The notes beneath the pieces were generated by a model, which was given only the letters and a program-made list of their open reading frames with translations, was not told where the DNA came from and did no database searches. Of a stretch of DNA of 52,922 bases, positions 25,497 to 33,030 are shown piece by piece. The first letter of the stretch is position 1; every line of letters begins with the position of its first letter. Source of the stretch: Nanobdellota archaeon (GTDB lineage: Archaea; Nanobdellota; Nanobdellia; Woesearchaeales; JAGLXL01). Both the position numbers and the translations under genes were made by a program. The stretch lies in assembly GCA_042577865.1 (NCBI GenBank), contig JBHPDN010000004.1, forward strand, positions 1 through 52,922, in the 5' to 3' direction.

Positions 25497-26345
25497 ATGG
25501 AAAAAAGAGGTCAATTAGCATTAGGATATTTGATAATTTCTGTTTTGTTAATTGGTGTGGCCTTGATTTTCTTTGTGACTTATGCCAAAAATATTAAAGA
25601 AGATACCTTGTTAGAAAAAACCTATTTTTCCCGAGATGTGGCTTTAGTTACTAATGCAGTTTATGCTTCTCCAGGCAATCTTTTTGTCAATTACAGTTCT
25701 TTAGCGATTTATGCTGATTTCTCTGTTCTACCAAATAAAGCATCAGCTGAACTTTTGAATTTTGAATTTGGGAATCAGAAAGTAATAGTTGTTGAAGATG
25801 ACGGAAAACAAAAAATAAGTTATCCCTATGCAGATGATTTTTTTTCTGGAAATTTATCGGGATATTTTGAAAAACCAAGTGATCTGTTTTTTGTCAGCGA
25901 TGGCCCAAACACCATGTTAGTTGAGAAAAAAACTGAGTTGGGAAAATGGAAATACCCTCAGATTGAAACCAAAGATGAAATCTGGCGGACCAGAAATTTT
26001 ATGATTGGACCAGAAGGAAACGACTTGGCTAATTATTTTTTGAATCAAGGGCTGCCATTCAAATCATATTATTCTGAACCAGACATTTATTTATGGATTG
26101 AAGAAGGAGAAAGCAATGAAGTAACGGCAACTATTTCCTATCAAACAGCAGCCAAAAGCAGAAAACTGGCTACTTTGATCATCAATAAAGTTTTAGAAAA
26201 TAAACCTAATGCTTACACTTGGATTAATGTAACTGATTCATCCCAATTAAAGGCTAAAGAAGCAGGAGTGGTTTTAAGAATTGGTTCAGGATTGATTAAA
26301 AAATTAGAATTGGAAGAAATTTTTGAGGAATACTATGAAGAATAA
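25497..26345 (+). CDS. Prepilin-like protein, 282 aa
   Basis: MEKRG|QLALGYLIISVLLIGVALIFFVTY. A TATA-like ATATTTAAATA at 25464-25474 lies about 28 nt upstream. Confidence 0.7.
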   Translation: MEKRGQLALGYLIISVLLIGVALIFFVTYAKNIKEDTLLEKTYFSRDVALVTNAVYASPGNLFVNYSSLAIYADFSVLPNKASAELLNFEFGNQKVIVVEDDGKQKISYPYADDFFSGNLSGYFEKPSDLFFVSDGPNTMLVEKKTELGKWKYPQIETKDEIWRTRNFMIGPEGNDLANYFLNQGLPFKSYYSEPDIYLWIEEGESNEVTATISYQTAAKSRKLATLIINKVLENKPNAYTWINVTDSSQLKAKEAGVVLRIGSGLIKKLELEEIFEEYYEE

Positions 26346-26982
26346 AAAGGGCGATGCTTATCCGCAAATAATCTGGATATTGAGAATTATCTTTTGGATT
26401 ATTGTAATCATTGCTGTTTATGGGATAACATCTTACTTGATTGATGTTAAATTCCAGCCCTGGCAGGCTGAAGCAGATGGTTTTGCTTTGAGGACGCTTT
26501 ATTCACCCAATGGTATAAGTTATTTTGATCCTTTGGCTGGGAAAGTTCAGCCTGGAACCATCGATTTGGCTCGATTTAAGAGTGGGATTTGGGAAGAATC
26601 GGTTTATTATGGTGAGGAACATTTGGCAGCAAAAATGACTTTATGGAATAAAGGAGCAGATGACTGGCAAGCAGTTGCTTTAACAGGAGAAAAACTATTG
26701 GAGAGATATTATCAAAAAGATTTGTTTAACAAATGGGAAGATTTGAGTGATAAAAAGGTTGCCAAATTTACAAGAAAATATTATGTTTTGATTAAAGACG
26801 AAGGAGAACTTGAAATCTTCGAAGGAGAAAAAGATCTGGAGAAAGACATCGAAGATCATGGGGAGAAAGTTTATTTGATAGAAAAATCTAAAGAACATCT
26901 AGAAAAAATCAAAGAAGAAGCTAAAGATGACAATGCCCTGGTACCTGGGCTTTTAGAAATAGAAATAATTATTAAAAAATGA
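26335..26982 (+). CDS. Prepilin-like protein, 215 aa
   Basis: ATG 26335 gives MKNKKG|DAYPQIIWILRIIFWIIVIIAVYG. It overlaps the upstream gene by 11 nt. Confidence 0.65.
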   Translation: MKNKKGDAYPQIIWILRIIFWIIVIIAVYGITSYLIDVKFQPWQAEADGFALRTLYSPNGISYFDPLAGKVQPGTIDLARFKSGIWEESVYYGEEHLAAKMTLWNKGADDWQAVALTGEKLLERYYQKDLFNKWEDLSDKKVAKFTRKYYVLIKDEGELEIFEGEKDLEKDIEDHGEKVYLIEKSKEHLEKIKEEAKDDNALVPGLLEIEIIIKK

Positions 26983-27587
26983 AATCAAAAAAAGGACAAG
27001 GTGGATTTTTCCAGATGCCAAGTGCGGCACCGATGTTTTTAGCTTTTGCTGGTTTTATTTTAATTGTAGTACTTTTTTTGGTCGTAGCCTGGGCTCTTAA
27101 GGAAACTAATTTATCTCTCAGAGGAAATGTGCCAAGTGTAGATTATGAAGAAGCAAGAGCTCAAATGGCCTTGATAAATTTTTTGAAAACTCCTGCCCAA
27201 CCATATATTTTTTTGGAAGGTGGTAGGGCGAATAGAACTGTCGCTGATTTGATAATAAAGGCTATGGAAAGAGAACAATTTGATGAAAAATGTATCATCA
27301 GAGGAGATCCTAGAACAAGAACATTAAGAGATGATTTTGACTCTTGTTCAACAGCCTTGCAATCGGAAGCAGTGAGAGCATTTAATGAACTTTACAGGTT
27401 TGAAGGAGAATTGCTAAATGAATCTTACTGGGGTTTTACTGTTCATTCTGATAACCCCAAACAACCTGTAATTGAAATTACCAGTGGTCAGAGAGAAGGT
27501 ACTCCTTACAGTGTTTCCCAACTTTTGCCAATTCCAGGATCTGATAAGTTAGCTAATGTCACTTTAACGGTGAATGTAAGAAAATGA
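26979..27587 (+). CDS. Prepilin-like protein, 202 aa
   Basis: MKSKKG|QGGFFQMPSAAPMFLAFAGFILIVVLFLVVAWA. ATGA overlap with the upstream stop. Confidence 0.65.
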   Translation: MKSKKGQGGFFQMPSAAPMFLAFAGFILIVVLFLVVAWALKETNLSLRGNVPSVDYEEARAQMALINFLKTPAQPYIFLEGGRANRTVADLIIKAMEREQFDEKCIIRGDPRTRTLRDDFDSCSTALQSEAVRAFNELYRFEGELLNESYWGFTVHSDNPKQPVIEITSGQREGTPYSVSQLLPIPGSDKLANVTLTVNVRK

Positions 27588-27979
27588 AATCAAAAAAAGG
27601 ATATGTATTCAGTGTATTGATGGTGATTATAGCTACAATAGTGCTGGCTGCAATTTTGATGCACATCATCCATAAAGAAGGAGCATTTAACAGGGATTTT
27701 GGTGACAGGGCAAAGGACTTATTCTTAGCTTATCAAGATATTGAGAAAGATATTTTTTATGCTGAACAAGCAGCTAAGTTAGCTAATTGTAATAAAGAAA
27801 ATTTTACCAAGCTTTTGGAAAACCACGATCTTTTGAAGAACCAATCCATCTTTGATTACGAATTGTTGCTGGTGAATAAAACTTGCATTGGTTTGACTCG
27901 TGGGGTGATAGATTATACTTTGGAAAAGACAACCCGTTACGAAATCAGACCAAGTTTTAGTGTCAAATTAAACAAATAA
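27584..27979 (+). CDS. Prepilin-like protein, 131 aa
   Basis: MKSKKG|YVFSVLMVIIATIVLAAILMHII. ATGA overlap with the upstream stop. Confidence 0.65.
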   Translation: MKSKKGYVFSVLMVIIATIVLAAILMHIIHKEGAFNRDFGDRAKDLFLAYQDIEKDIFYAEQAAKLANCNKENFTKLLENHDLLKNQSIFDYELLLVNKTCIGLTRGVIDYTLEKTTRYEIRPSFSVKLNK

Positions 27980-28002
27980 CTATATCTTAAATTATACAAA
28001 TC

Positions 28003-28011
28003 TATTTAAAT
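28003..28011 (+). promoter_or_regulatory. TATA box TATTTAAAT; centre 26 nt upstream of ATG 28033 (RPA)
   Basis: Position and composition. Confidence 0.45.
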
Positions 28012-28032
28012 CATCTACTCTTCTGAAAAGCT

Positions 28033-29019
28033 ATGTTTAAGATTCCTTTGGATGAAGTTAAAACACAAATAAGAAAAGAGGCTCACCTGACAGATGAGGA
28101 GTTGAATTCTCGAATCAAGCAAAAGATGGACCAGCTTTCCGGATTAATCTCTGAAGAGGGAGCAGCCCATATCATTGCCAATGAACTGAAAGTTAATCTG
28201 AATGAAGGAACAGAAGGCAAAATCAAAATCAAAAAAATCTATGTCGGCATGAGAAATGTAGAAACGGTCGGTAAAGTGATGAAGAAATATGAACTGAGAA
28301 CTTTCCAAACTGAAAATAGAAGCGGCCAAGTGGGCAGTTTTATGATTGGTGATGAAACAGGCATGATTAGAATAGTTTTGTGGAATGACCAGGCTGACCA
28401 ATTAAATAATTTTAGTGAAGGAGACGTTGTCAAAATCAAATCAGGTTATGTGCGGGAAAATAGGGGTTTTAAAGAGGTTCATTTGAATGACAAAAGTTCC
28501 TTATCAATTAATCCTGAAGGAGAACAAGTCGGTGAAGTAAAGGAAACCAGAGAAGCAGAAAGAAAACAAATCAAGGATTTGACTGAGAATGACCAAAATG
28601 CAGAACTTCTGGGTACGATTGTCCAGGTATTTGATTTAAGATTTTTTACAGTTTGTCCGGAGTGCGGGAAAAGGGTGTATGAACGTGAAAATACTTTTGA
28701 GTGTGGGGCTCACGGCAAGGTAGCCGCCAGCTATTCTTATGTGATGAATGTTTTTTTGGATGACGGTACTGACAACATTCGAGTTGTCTTTTGGAAAAGC
28801 CAGACAGAAAATTTACTTAAGAAGACCGAAGCAGAAATTCTAACTTACAAAGATGAGCTTCAGAAATTTGAAGAAGTGAAAAATGATTTACTGGGAACAA
28901 TTATCAAAATGGTGGGCAGAGTTAACAAGAATGAAATGTTTGACAGATTAGAGTTCAATGCTCAATTAGTTTTTCCTGAACCAGATCCAGAGGAAGAATT
29001 AAAAAAGCTGGATAATTAG
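28033..29019 (+). CDS. Replication protein A-like single-stranded DNA-binding protein (OB folds + Zn-finger)
   Basis: OB-fold pattern VETVGKVMKKYELRTF...GQVGSFMIGDETGMIRIVLWNDQA. Zn ribbon CPECGKR...CGAHG inside a second OB fold (LLGTIVQVFDL...VMNVFLDDGTDNIRVVFW). A TATA at 28003-28011 lies 26 nt upstream. Confidence 0.75.
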   Translation: MFKIPLDEVKTQIRKEAHLTDEELNSRIKQKMDQLSGLISEEGAAHIIANELKVNLNEGTEGKIKIKKIYVGMRNVETVGKVMKKYELRTFQTENRSGQVGSFMIGDETGMIRIVLWNDQADQLNNFSEGDVVKIKSGYVRENRGFKEVHLNDKSSLSINPEGEQVGEVKETREAERKQIKDLTENDQNAELLGTIVQVFDLRFFTVCPECGKRVYERENTFECGAHGKVAASYSYVMNVFLDDGTDNIRVVFWKSQTENLLKKTEAEILTYKDELQKFEEVKNDLLGTIIKMVGRVNKNEMFDRLEFNAQLVFPEPDPEEELKKLDN

Positions 29020-29041
29020 TTGTTAAAAAAGAGGTTTGAAA

Positions 29042-29503
29042 ATGTTAGCTAGAACACATTTAGCATTTGGATTTTTAGCTGGATTGGTATTTCTACCATT
29101 TTACAGTCATAATGTGATTCTTTATTTTGTTCTGGTTTTGATTGGCGCTTTGCTGCCAGATATTGACCATGAAGGTTCTAAGATTAATTCCATTTTTCCA
29201 ATTACAAAATGGTTAGGTCGATTGTTTAAACACCGTGGGTTTTTTCATTCTATTTTTCCACCATTAATCATCTTTGGAGTATTGTGGTATTTTGGCTGGA
29301 GTTATATTGGAGTGGCTTTGGGTGTTGGTTTTGTTTCTCATTTGTTTTCTGACAGTCTGACTAAAATGGGCATTAATTATCTGCATCCAATCACTAACTT
29401 ACATATGAATGGTTTTATAGAAACAGGCAAGATTGGCGAGCATATTGCTTTGTTTGTGGTGGTGGTTTTGTCAGTTGTTAAGATTGTTTCTCTTATAATT
29501 TAA
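29042..29503 (+). CDS. YdjM/DUF457-like membrane-bound metal-dependent hydrolase
   Basis: ARTHLAFGFLAG...LLPDIDHEGSK...HRGFFHS...SHLFSDSLT, with 4-5 hydrophobic segments. ATG 29042 follows the SD-like AGAGGT. Confidence 0.6.
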   Translation: MLARTHLAFGFLAGLVFLPFYSHNVILYFVLVLIGALLPDIDHEGSKINSIFPITKWLGRLFKHRGFFHSIFPPLIIFGVLWYFGWSYIGVALGVGFVSHLFSDSLTKMGINYLHPITNLHMNGFIETGKIGEHIALFVVVVLSVVKIVSLII

Positions 29504-29653
29504 CATAAAACGCACTGGACAACCTCACAAATCATATATAAATGAGTTCTGATTTACTATTGATTGTAGTTGATCTTTGTGATCAGCTATGCCTCGCTGT
29601 AACCCAAGGTTGCAGTTTGAAATAAAAGGCGAATAGCAAACGAGGTGAATAAA

Positions 29654-29935
29654 ATGGAAAATAAAGTAGCTGGCAATATGCCGGAAAAGAAGTTTAGAGC
29701 TGGTGCAATCAGCGCCACGGTTTGGGGCAACAAAACCCAAAACAAAGAAGGAGAAGTGGTCTCCTACAAAACTGTTTCTTTGGAACGGAGTTACAAAGAT
29801 AAAGAAGGTGCTTGGCAAACCACCAATAACATGAGAATCAATGACCTGCCAAAGGCCTGGACTGTTCTGATGGAAGCGTACAAACACATTGTCTTTAAGG
29901 AACAAGACTTATTTAACGGAGGTATGAACAAATGA
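29654..29935 (+). CDS. Small PC4/YdbC-like putative ssDNA-binding protein (93 aa)
   Basis: ATG 29654 follows the SD GAGGTG (29642-29647). KTVSLERSYKDKEGAWQTTNNMRINDLPKAWTVLMEAY parallels the PC4 core pattern (..IDIREYW.D.EGE....kGIsL...qw..L...). The stop overlaps the radA start (ATGA at 29932-29935). Confidence 0.45.
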   Translation: MENKVAGNMPEKKFRAGAISATVWGNKTQNKEGEVVSYKTVSLERSYKDKEGAWQTTNNMRINDLPKAWTVLMEAYKHIVFKEQDLFNGGMNK

Positions 29936-30969
29936 AAAGTGACTTGAATGATCCTAAGATAGAAGAAGATACTAAAAATCCACCCCTTGTTGAAGATTCT
30001 TTGCCAATAGAAGAAGTTGTCAAAAAAGAAGAAAATAAACCAACAATTAGAGACTTACCTGGTGTGGGAGCAGCCACAGCAGAAAAACTAGAATCAAGCG
30101 GTTATAGGGATTTAATGGCGGTTGCTGTTGCTTCACCAGGAGAATTAGTGGAAGTAGCTGGTGTAACTGAATCAGCAGGCAGAAAAATGATTAATGCGGC
30201 TAGAGACTCATTGGAAATGGGTTTTGAAAGTGGTGAGGCTTTATTGGCTAAAAGAGAAACTATTCGTAAAATCAAATGTGGTAGTTCGGCCGTTGACGCG
30301 TTATTGGGTGGGGGTTTTGAATCCTCGGCCATTACAGAATGTTATGGTGAATTTGGTTCTGGAAAAACCCAGATCGGACACGTTCTAGCAGTTAATGTTA
30401 TCAAAGAAGATCCAGAAGCAAATGTGGTTTACATTGATACTGAAAATACCTTCAGGCCAGAAAGAATTATAGAACTGGCTAAGGGTGCTGAGTTGGATCC
30501 AGATAAAGTTTTGAAGAAAATAATGGTAGCCAAAGCTTATAATTCCGACCACCAAATGTTAATGGCAGAAAAAGTTGAAGACCTTATCAAAAAACAAGGT
30601 CTGAAAGTTAAATTGCTAGTTGTGGATTCTCTCATGGCACATTTTAGAGCAGAATTTATTGGCAGAGGTACCCTATCCGAAAGACAACAGAAACTGAATA
30701 AACATATGCACACTTTGCTAAGGTTGGCAGATACCAATAATGTTTGTGTTTATGTGACAAACCAAGTTATGTCTAAACCAGATGTCTTTTTTGGAGATCC
30801 AACTAAAGCAGTTGGCGGACATATTGTAGCTCACGCTTCAACTTTTCGAATCTATTTAAGAAAAGGGAAGAAGGGTTCAAGAGTAGCTAAATTAGTTGAC
30901 TCACCAAATCTGCCCGAAGGAGAAGCACCGTTCTTTGTCAAGACTGAAGGTTTGATAGATTTTGCTTAA
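29932..30969 (+). CDS. radA: DNA repair and recombination protein RadA
   Basis: HhH segment LPGVGAATAEKLESSGY, Walker A GEFGSGKTQ, YIDTENTFRPERI, VVDSLMAHFRAEF and NQVMSKPD...GGHIVAHAS. An oligo-T tract follows the stop. Confidence 0.95.
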   Translation: MKSDLNDPKIEEDTKNPPLVEDSLPIEEVVKKEENKPTIRDLPGVGAATAEKLESSGYRDLMAVAVASPGELVEVAGVTESAGRKMINAARDSLEMGFESGEALLAKRETIRKIKCGSSAVDALLGGGFESSAITECYGEFGSGKTQIGHVLAVNVIKEDPEANVVYIDTENTFRPERIIELAKGAELDPDKVLKKIMVAKAYNSDHQMLMAEKVEDLIKKQGLKVKLLVVDSLMAHFRAEFIGRGTLSERQQKLNKHMHTLLRLADTNNVCVYVTNQVMSKPDVFFGDPTKAVGGHIVAHASTFRIYLRKGKKGSRVAKLVDSPNLPEGEAPFFVKTEGLIDFA

Positions 30970-30992
30970 TTTCTTTTTTTCTTCTTTTCTTT
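30970..30992 (+). terminator. Oligo-T-rich tract after radA
   Basis: TTTCTTTTTTTCTTCTTTTCTTT directly after the stop. Confidence 0.45.
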
Positions 30993-31126
30993 GAAAATTT
31001 TTAATTTTCTAAGCCTTTCTCATTTTATTCGAAAGTTTTTACAGAAACATTTTTAAACCAGCACTCTATAAAATGTCCTAAATCAGGAAATATCTTGATA
31101 TTAAATAATAGGGTGAATTAAACAAA

Positions 31127-31453
31127 ATGAATGGAAGAGATAATCAAGCTCCAGTTAATGAAGGGGATGAATTAGAAGTAACAATAGAAGCTGTCGGTGA
31201 AAAAGGAGATGGTATTGCAAAGGTTGATGGTTTTGTTTTATTTGTACCTCAGGCTAAGCAAGGTGAAAGAATAAAAATTAGAGTGACTAAGGTTTTGAAG
31301 AATGTTGGTTTTGCTGAAAAAATTGGTGCAGCAGAAACTTCAGCTGAAGAACCTACTGCAGAAGCTCCAATGGAAGAAGAACCTGCTGAAGAACCAGCCA
31401 GAGAATCTTACGAAGATACTGAAGATTTTGGTGAAGAACCAAAAGAAGAATAA
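31127..31453 (+). CDS. TRAM-domain protein with an acidic C-terminal tail
   Basis: GDELEVTIEAVGEKGDGIAKVDGFVLFVPQAKQGERIKIRVTKVLKNVGFAE is the typical stand-alone archaeal TRAM pattern. It is followed by an E/P/A-rich tail. Confidence 0.75.
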   Translation: MNGRDNQAPVNEGDELEVTIEAVGEKGDGIAKVDGFVLFVPQAKQGERIKIRVTKVLKNVGFAEKIGAAETSAEEPTAEAPMEEEPAEEPARESYEDTEDFGEEPKEE

Positions 31454-31460
31454 AAACTCG

Positions 31461-31477
31461 TTCTTTTTATTTTTTTA
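31461..31477 (+). terminator. Oligo-T tract after the TRAM gene
   Basis: TTCTTTTTATTTTTTTA lies 8 nt after the stop. Confidence 0.45.
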
Positions 31478-31553
31478 TGAGATGTCCTGTAGAATAAACA
31501 CTAAAAAACGTAAACCAACGAAAATCAGGATTTTCTGGGGTTTCTACGAAACC

Positions 31554-31561
31554 TTTATAAA
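31554..31561 (+). promoter_or_regulatory. TATA TTTATAAA roughly 120 nt upstream of the uS2 ATG; implies a roughly 95-nt leader
   Basis: This is the only canonical TATA in the 227-bp TRAM-uS2 spacer. Confidence 0.35.
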
Positions 31562-31591
31562 CAACTAACTTAAAATAAACTTAAAAGCCGA

Positions 31592-31622
31592 GTTAACAGG
31601 AAAGCCAAAAGGGACTGTTAAC
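31592..31622 (+). promoter_or_regulatory. Perfect 8-bp stem hairpin (GTTAACAG / CTGTTAAC, 15-nt loop) in the putative uS2 leader
   Basis: Inverted repeat read directly at 31592-31599 and 31615-31622. Confidence 0.35.
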
Positions 31623-31680
31623 ATTACTGCACGGCGATAAAACGCAGTTTTAGATGTTCTAGAACTGTTGGAGGAATAAA

Positions 31681-32283
31681 ATGCCAGAAAAAGAAAACTT
31701 TTTGTTACCAACAGCCCAGTATTTGAAGAGTGGAATCCATATCGGAACCAAATTCAAGACCGCTTACATGAAGAAATTTATCTACAAAACCAGACCAGAT
31801 GGTTTGTCAGTTTTGAATTTACAGCAGATTGATGAAAGAATCAGAATCGCAGTTAATCTCCTGGCCCAATATGAACCAGAAGATATTTTAGTAGTGAGTA
31901 GAAGAGAAAACGGCTGGACACCAGTTAAAATGCTTAAGAAATTCACAGATATGAAAATAGTGGTGGGCAGATATCCGCCAGGAATGTTAACTAACCCAAA
32001 TCTGGAAATTTTTATTGAACCAAAGATAGTCTTAGTAACTGATGCTTGGCCAGACAGAAACGCTATCAATGATGCCAATGCGATTGGAATTCCAGTAATT
32101 GCTTTGTGTGATACCAATAACCAATCAAATTACATTGATTTAGTGGTGCCATGCAATAATAAAGGTAAAAAAGCTTTGGGATTATTATTCTACTTGTTAA
32201 CAGTAGGATATCTTAAGAAACGGGGACAAATCAAGAAAAACGAAGACCTCAAAGCAACCATTGAAGACTTTACTGAAAAATAA
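31681..32283 (+). CDS. rps2: 30S ribosomal protein uS2
   Basis: LLPTAQYLKSGIHIGTKFKT..M..FIYKTRPDGLSVLNLQQ...VVSRRENG...GRYPPGMLTNP...LVTDAWPDRNAINDANAIGIPVIALCDTNN. Confidence 0.9.
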   Translation: MPEKENFLLPTAQYLKSGIHIGTKFKTAYMKKFIYKTRPDGLSVLNLQQIDERIRIAVNLLAQYEPEDILVVSRRENGWTPVKMLKKFTDMKIVVGRYPPGMLTNPNLEIFIEPKIVLVTDAWPDRNAINDANAIGIPVIALCDTNNQSNYIDLVVPCNNKGKKALGLLFYLLTVGYLKKRGQIKKNEDLKATIEDFTEK

Positions 32284-32288
32284 ATTTT

Positions 32289-32957
32289 TTATTTAATTCC
32301 TTTTTCTATTATTTTAAATCTTACAACTCTTTCTGGCAGTGAACGATGTTTTTTGAGAATAGCTTCCCTAAAACCATGTTTAAAAGATTTGAGTTCAATA
32401 AGACATTTGCTACCATTTTTGAGAAGATCGCCACCAACCATATTGACTTTATCCCTTTCTTTAAAGTCAGCATAGACTTGATTGGCAACAAGAACAGCGA
32501 TGTCAAATTTTCTGGCCAAACTGATTAAAGTTGAGATTTGAGAACCTAAAGCAGCATTAGTTTCGTAGACCTCTTTTGTTTGACCCAGAGCCAGGCGATA
32601 AAGCATAGAAATAGTATCAACAACAATAAGGCCTACTTTTGAGCTGACTAATTTTTTTAACTGATCAAAAACCTTTTTTTGTTCAGTAAATGAAGTTGGT
32701 TTGAAAAAAATAACTTGGTCAAGAACTTTTCTGTAATGTTGAGTGATTTGTTTAGTTCTCTCAACTGAGAAATTGCCTTCAGTATCCACGTAAATAATCT
32801 TCTGTCCAGTGCCAGCCATTCGAATCAAAGGCAGAAGACAAAGGTTGGTTTTGCCACTGCCTGAAGGGCCATAAATAGTAGTAACAACACCTTTTTCATA
32901 ACCTCCAGCTAAGAATTTATCTAAAATCCTACTACCGGAAGAAACCTTGTTTTCCAT
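32289..32957 (-). CDS. radB: RadB (RadA paralogue, KaiC/RecA-superfamily ATPase)
   Basis: LDKFLAGGYEKGVVTTIYGPSGSGKTNLCL, IYVDTEGNFSVER, GLIVVDTISMLYR, VLVANQVYAD...GGDLL, and 222 aa length with no HhH N-domain. Confidence 0.8.
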   Translation of the reverse strand: MENKVSSGSRILDKFLAGGYEKGVVTTIYGPSGSGKTNLCLLPLIRMAGTGQKIIYVDTEGNFSVERTKQITQHYRKVLDQVIFFKPTSFTEQKKVFDQLKKLVSSKVGLIVVDTISMLYRLALGQTKEVYETNAALGSQISTLISLARKFDIAVLVANQVYADFKERDKVNMVGGDLLKNGSKCLIELKSFKHGFREAILKKHRSLPERVVRFKIIEKGIK

Positions 32958-32977
32958 AAAATAACCAAGGATTTCAA

Positions 32978-32988
32978 TTTTTAAATAG
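32978..32988 (-). promoter_or_regulatory. TATA (CTATTTAAAAA on the minus strand); about 26 nt upstream of the radB ATG at 32957
   Basis: Divergent pair with 33000-33007. Confidence 0.4.
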
Positions 32989-32999
32989 TTTTCGCAGAC

Positions 33000-33007
33000 T
33001 TTAAATA
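33000..33007 (+). promoter_or_regulatory. TATA TTTAAATA; centre 27 nt upstream of ATG 33031
   Basis: Position and composition. Confidence 0.4.
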
Positions 33008-33030
33008 GTCAGTTTAATTTTTATAATAAA

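Noticed and set aside
29525-29905. 126-aa minus-strand ORF opposite the PC4-like gene
   Set aside because: The plus-strand ORF has an SD, a recognisable fold pattern and translational coupling to radA. The minus-strand ORF has none of these.
31302-31568. Plus-strand ORF 31302..31568 overlapping the TRAM gene tail
   Set aside because: It is the alternative-frame reading of the GAA/GAAG-rich acidic tail, which gives an artificial K/L-rich peptide, and it runs through the oligo-T terminator.
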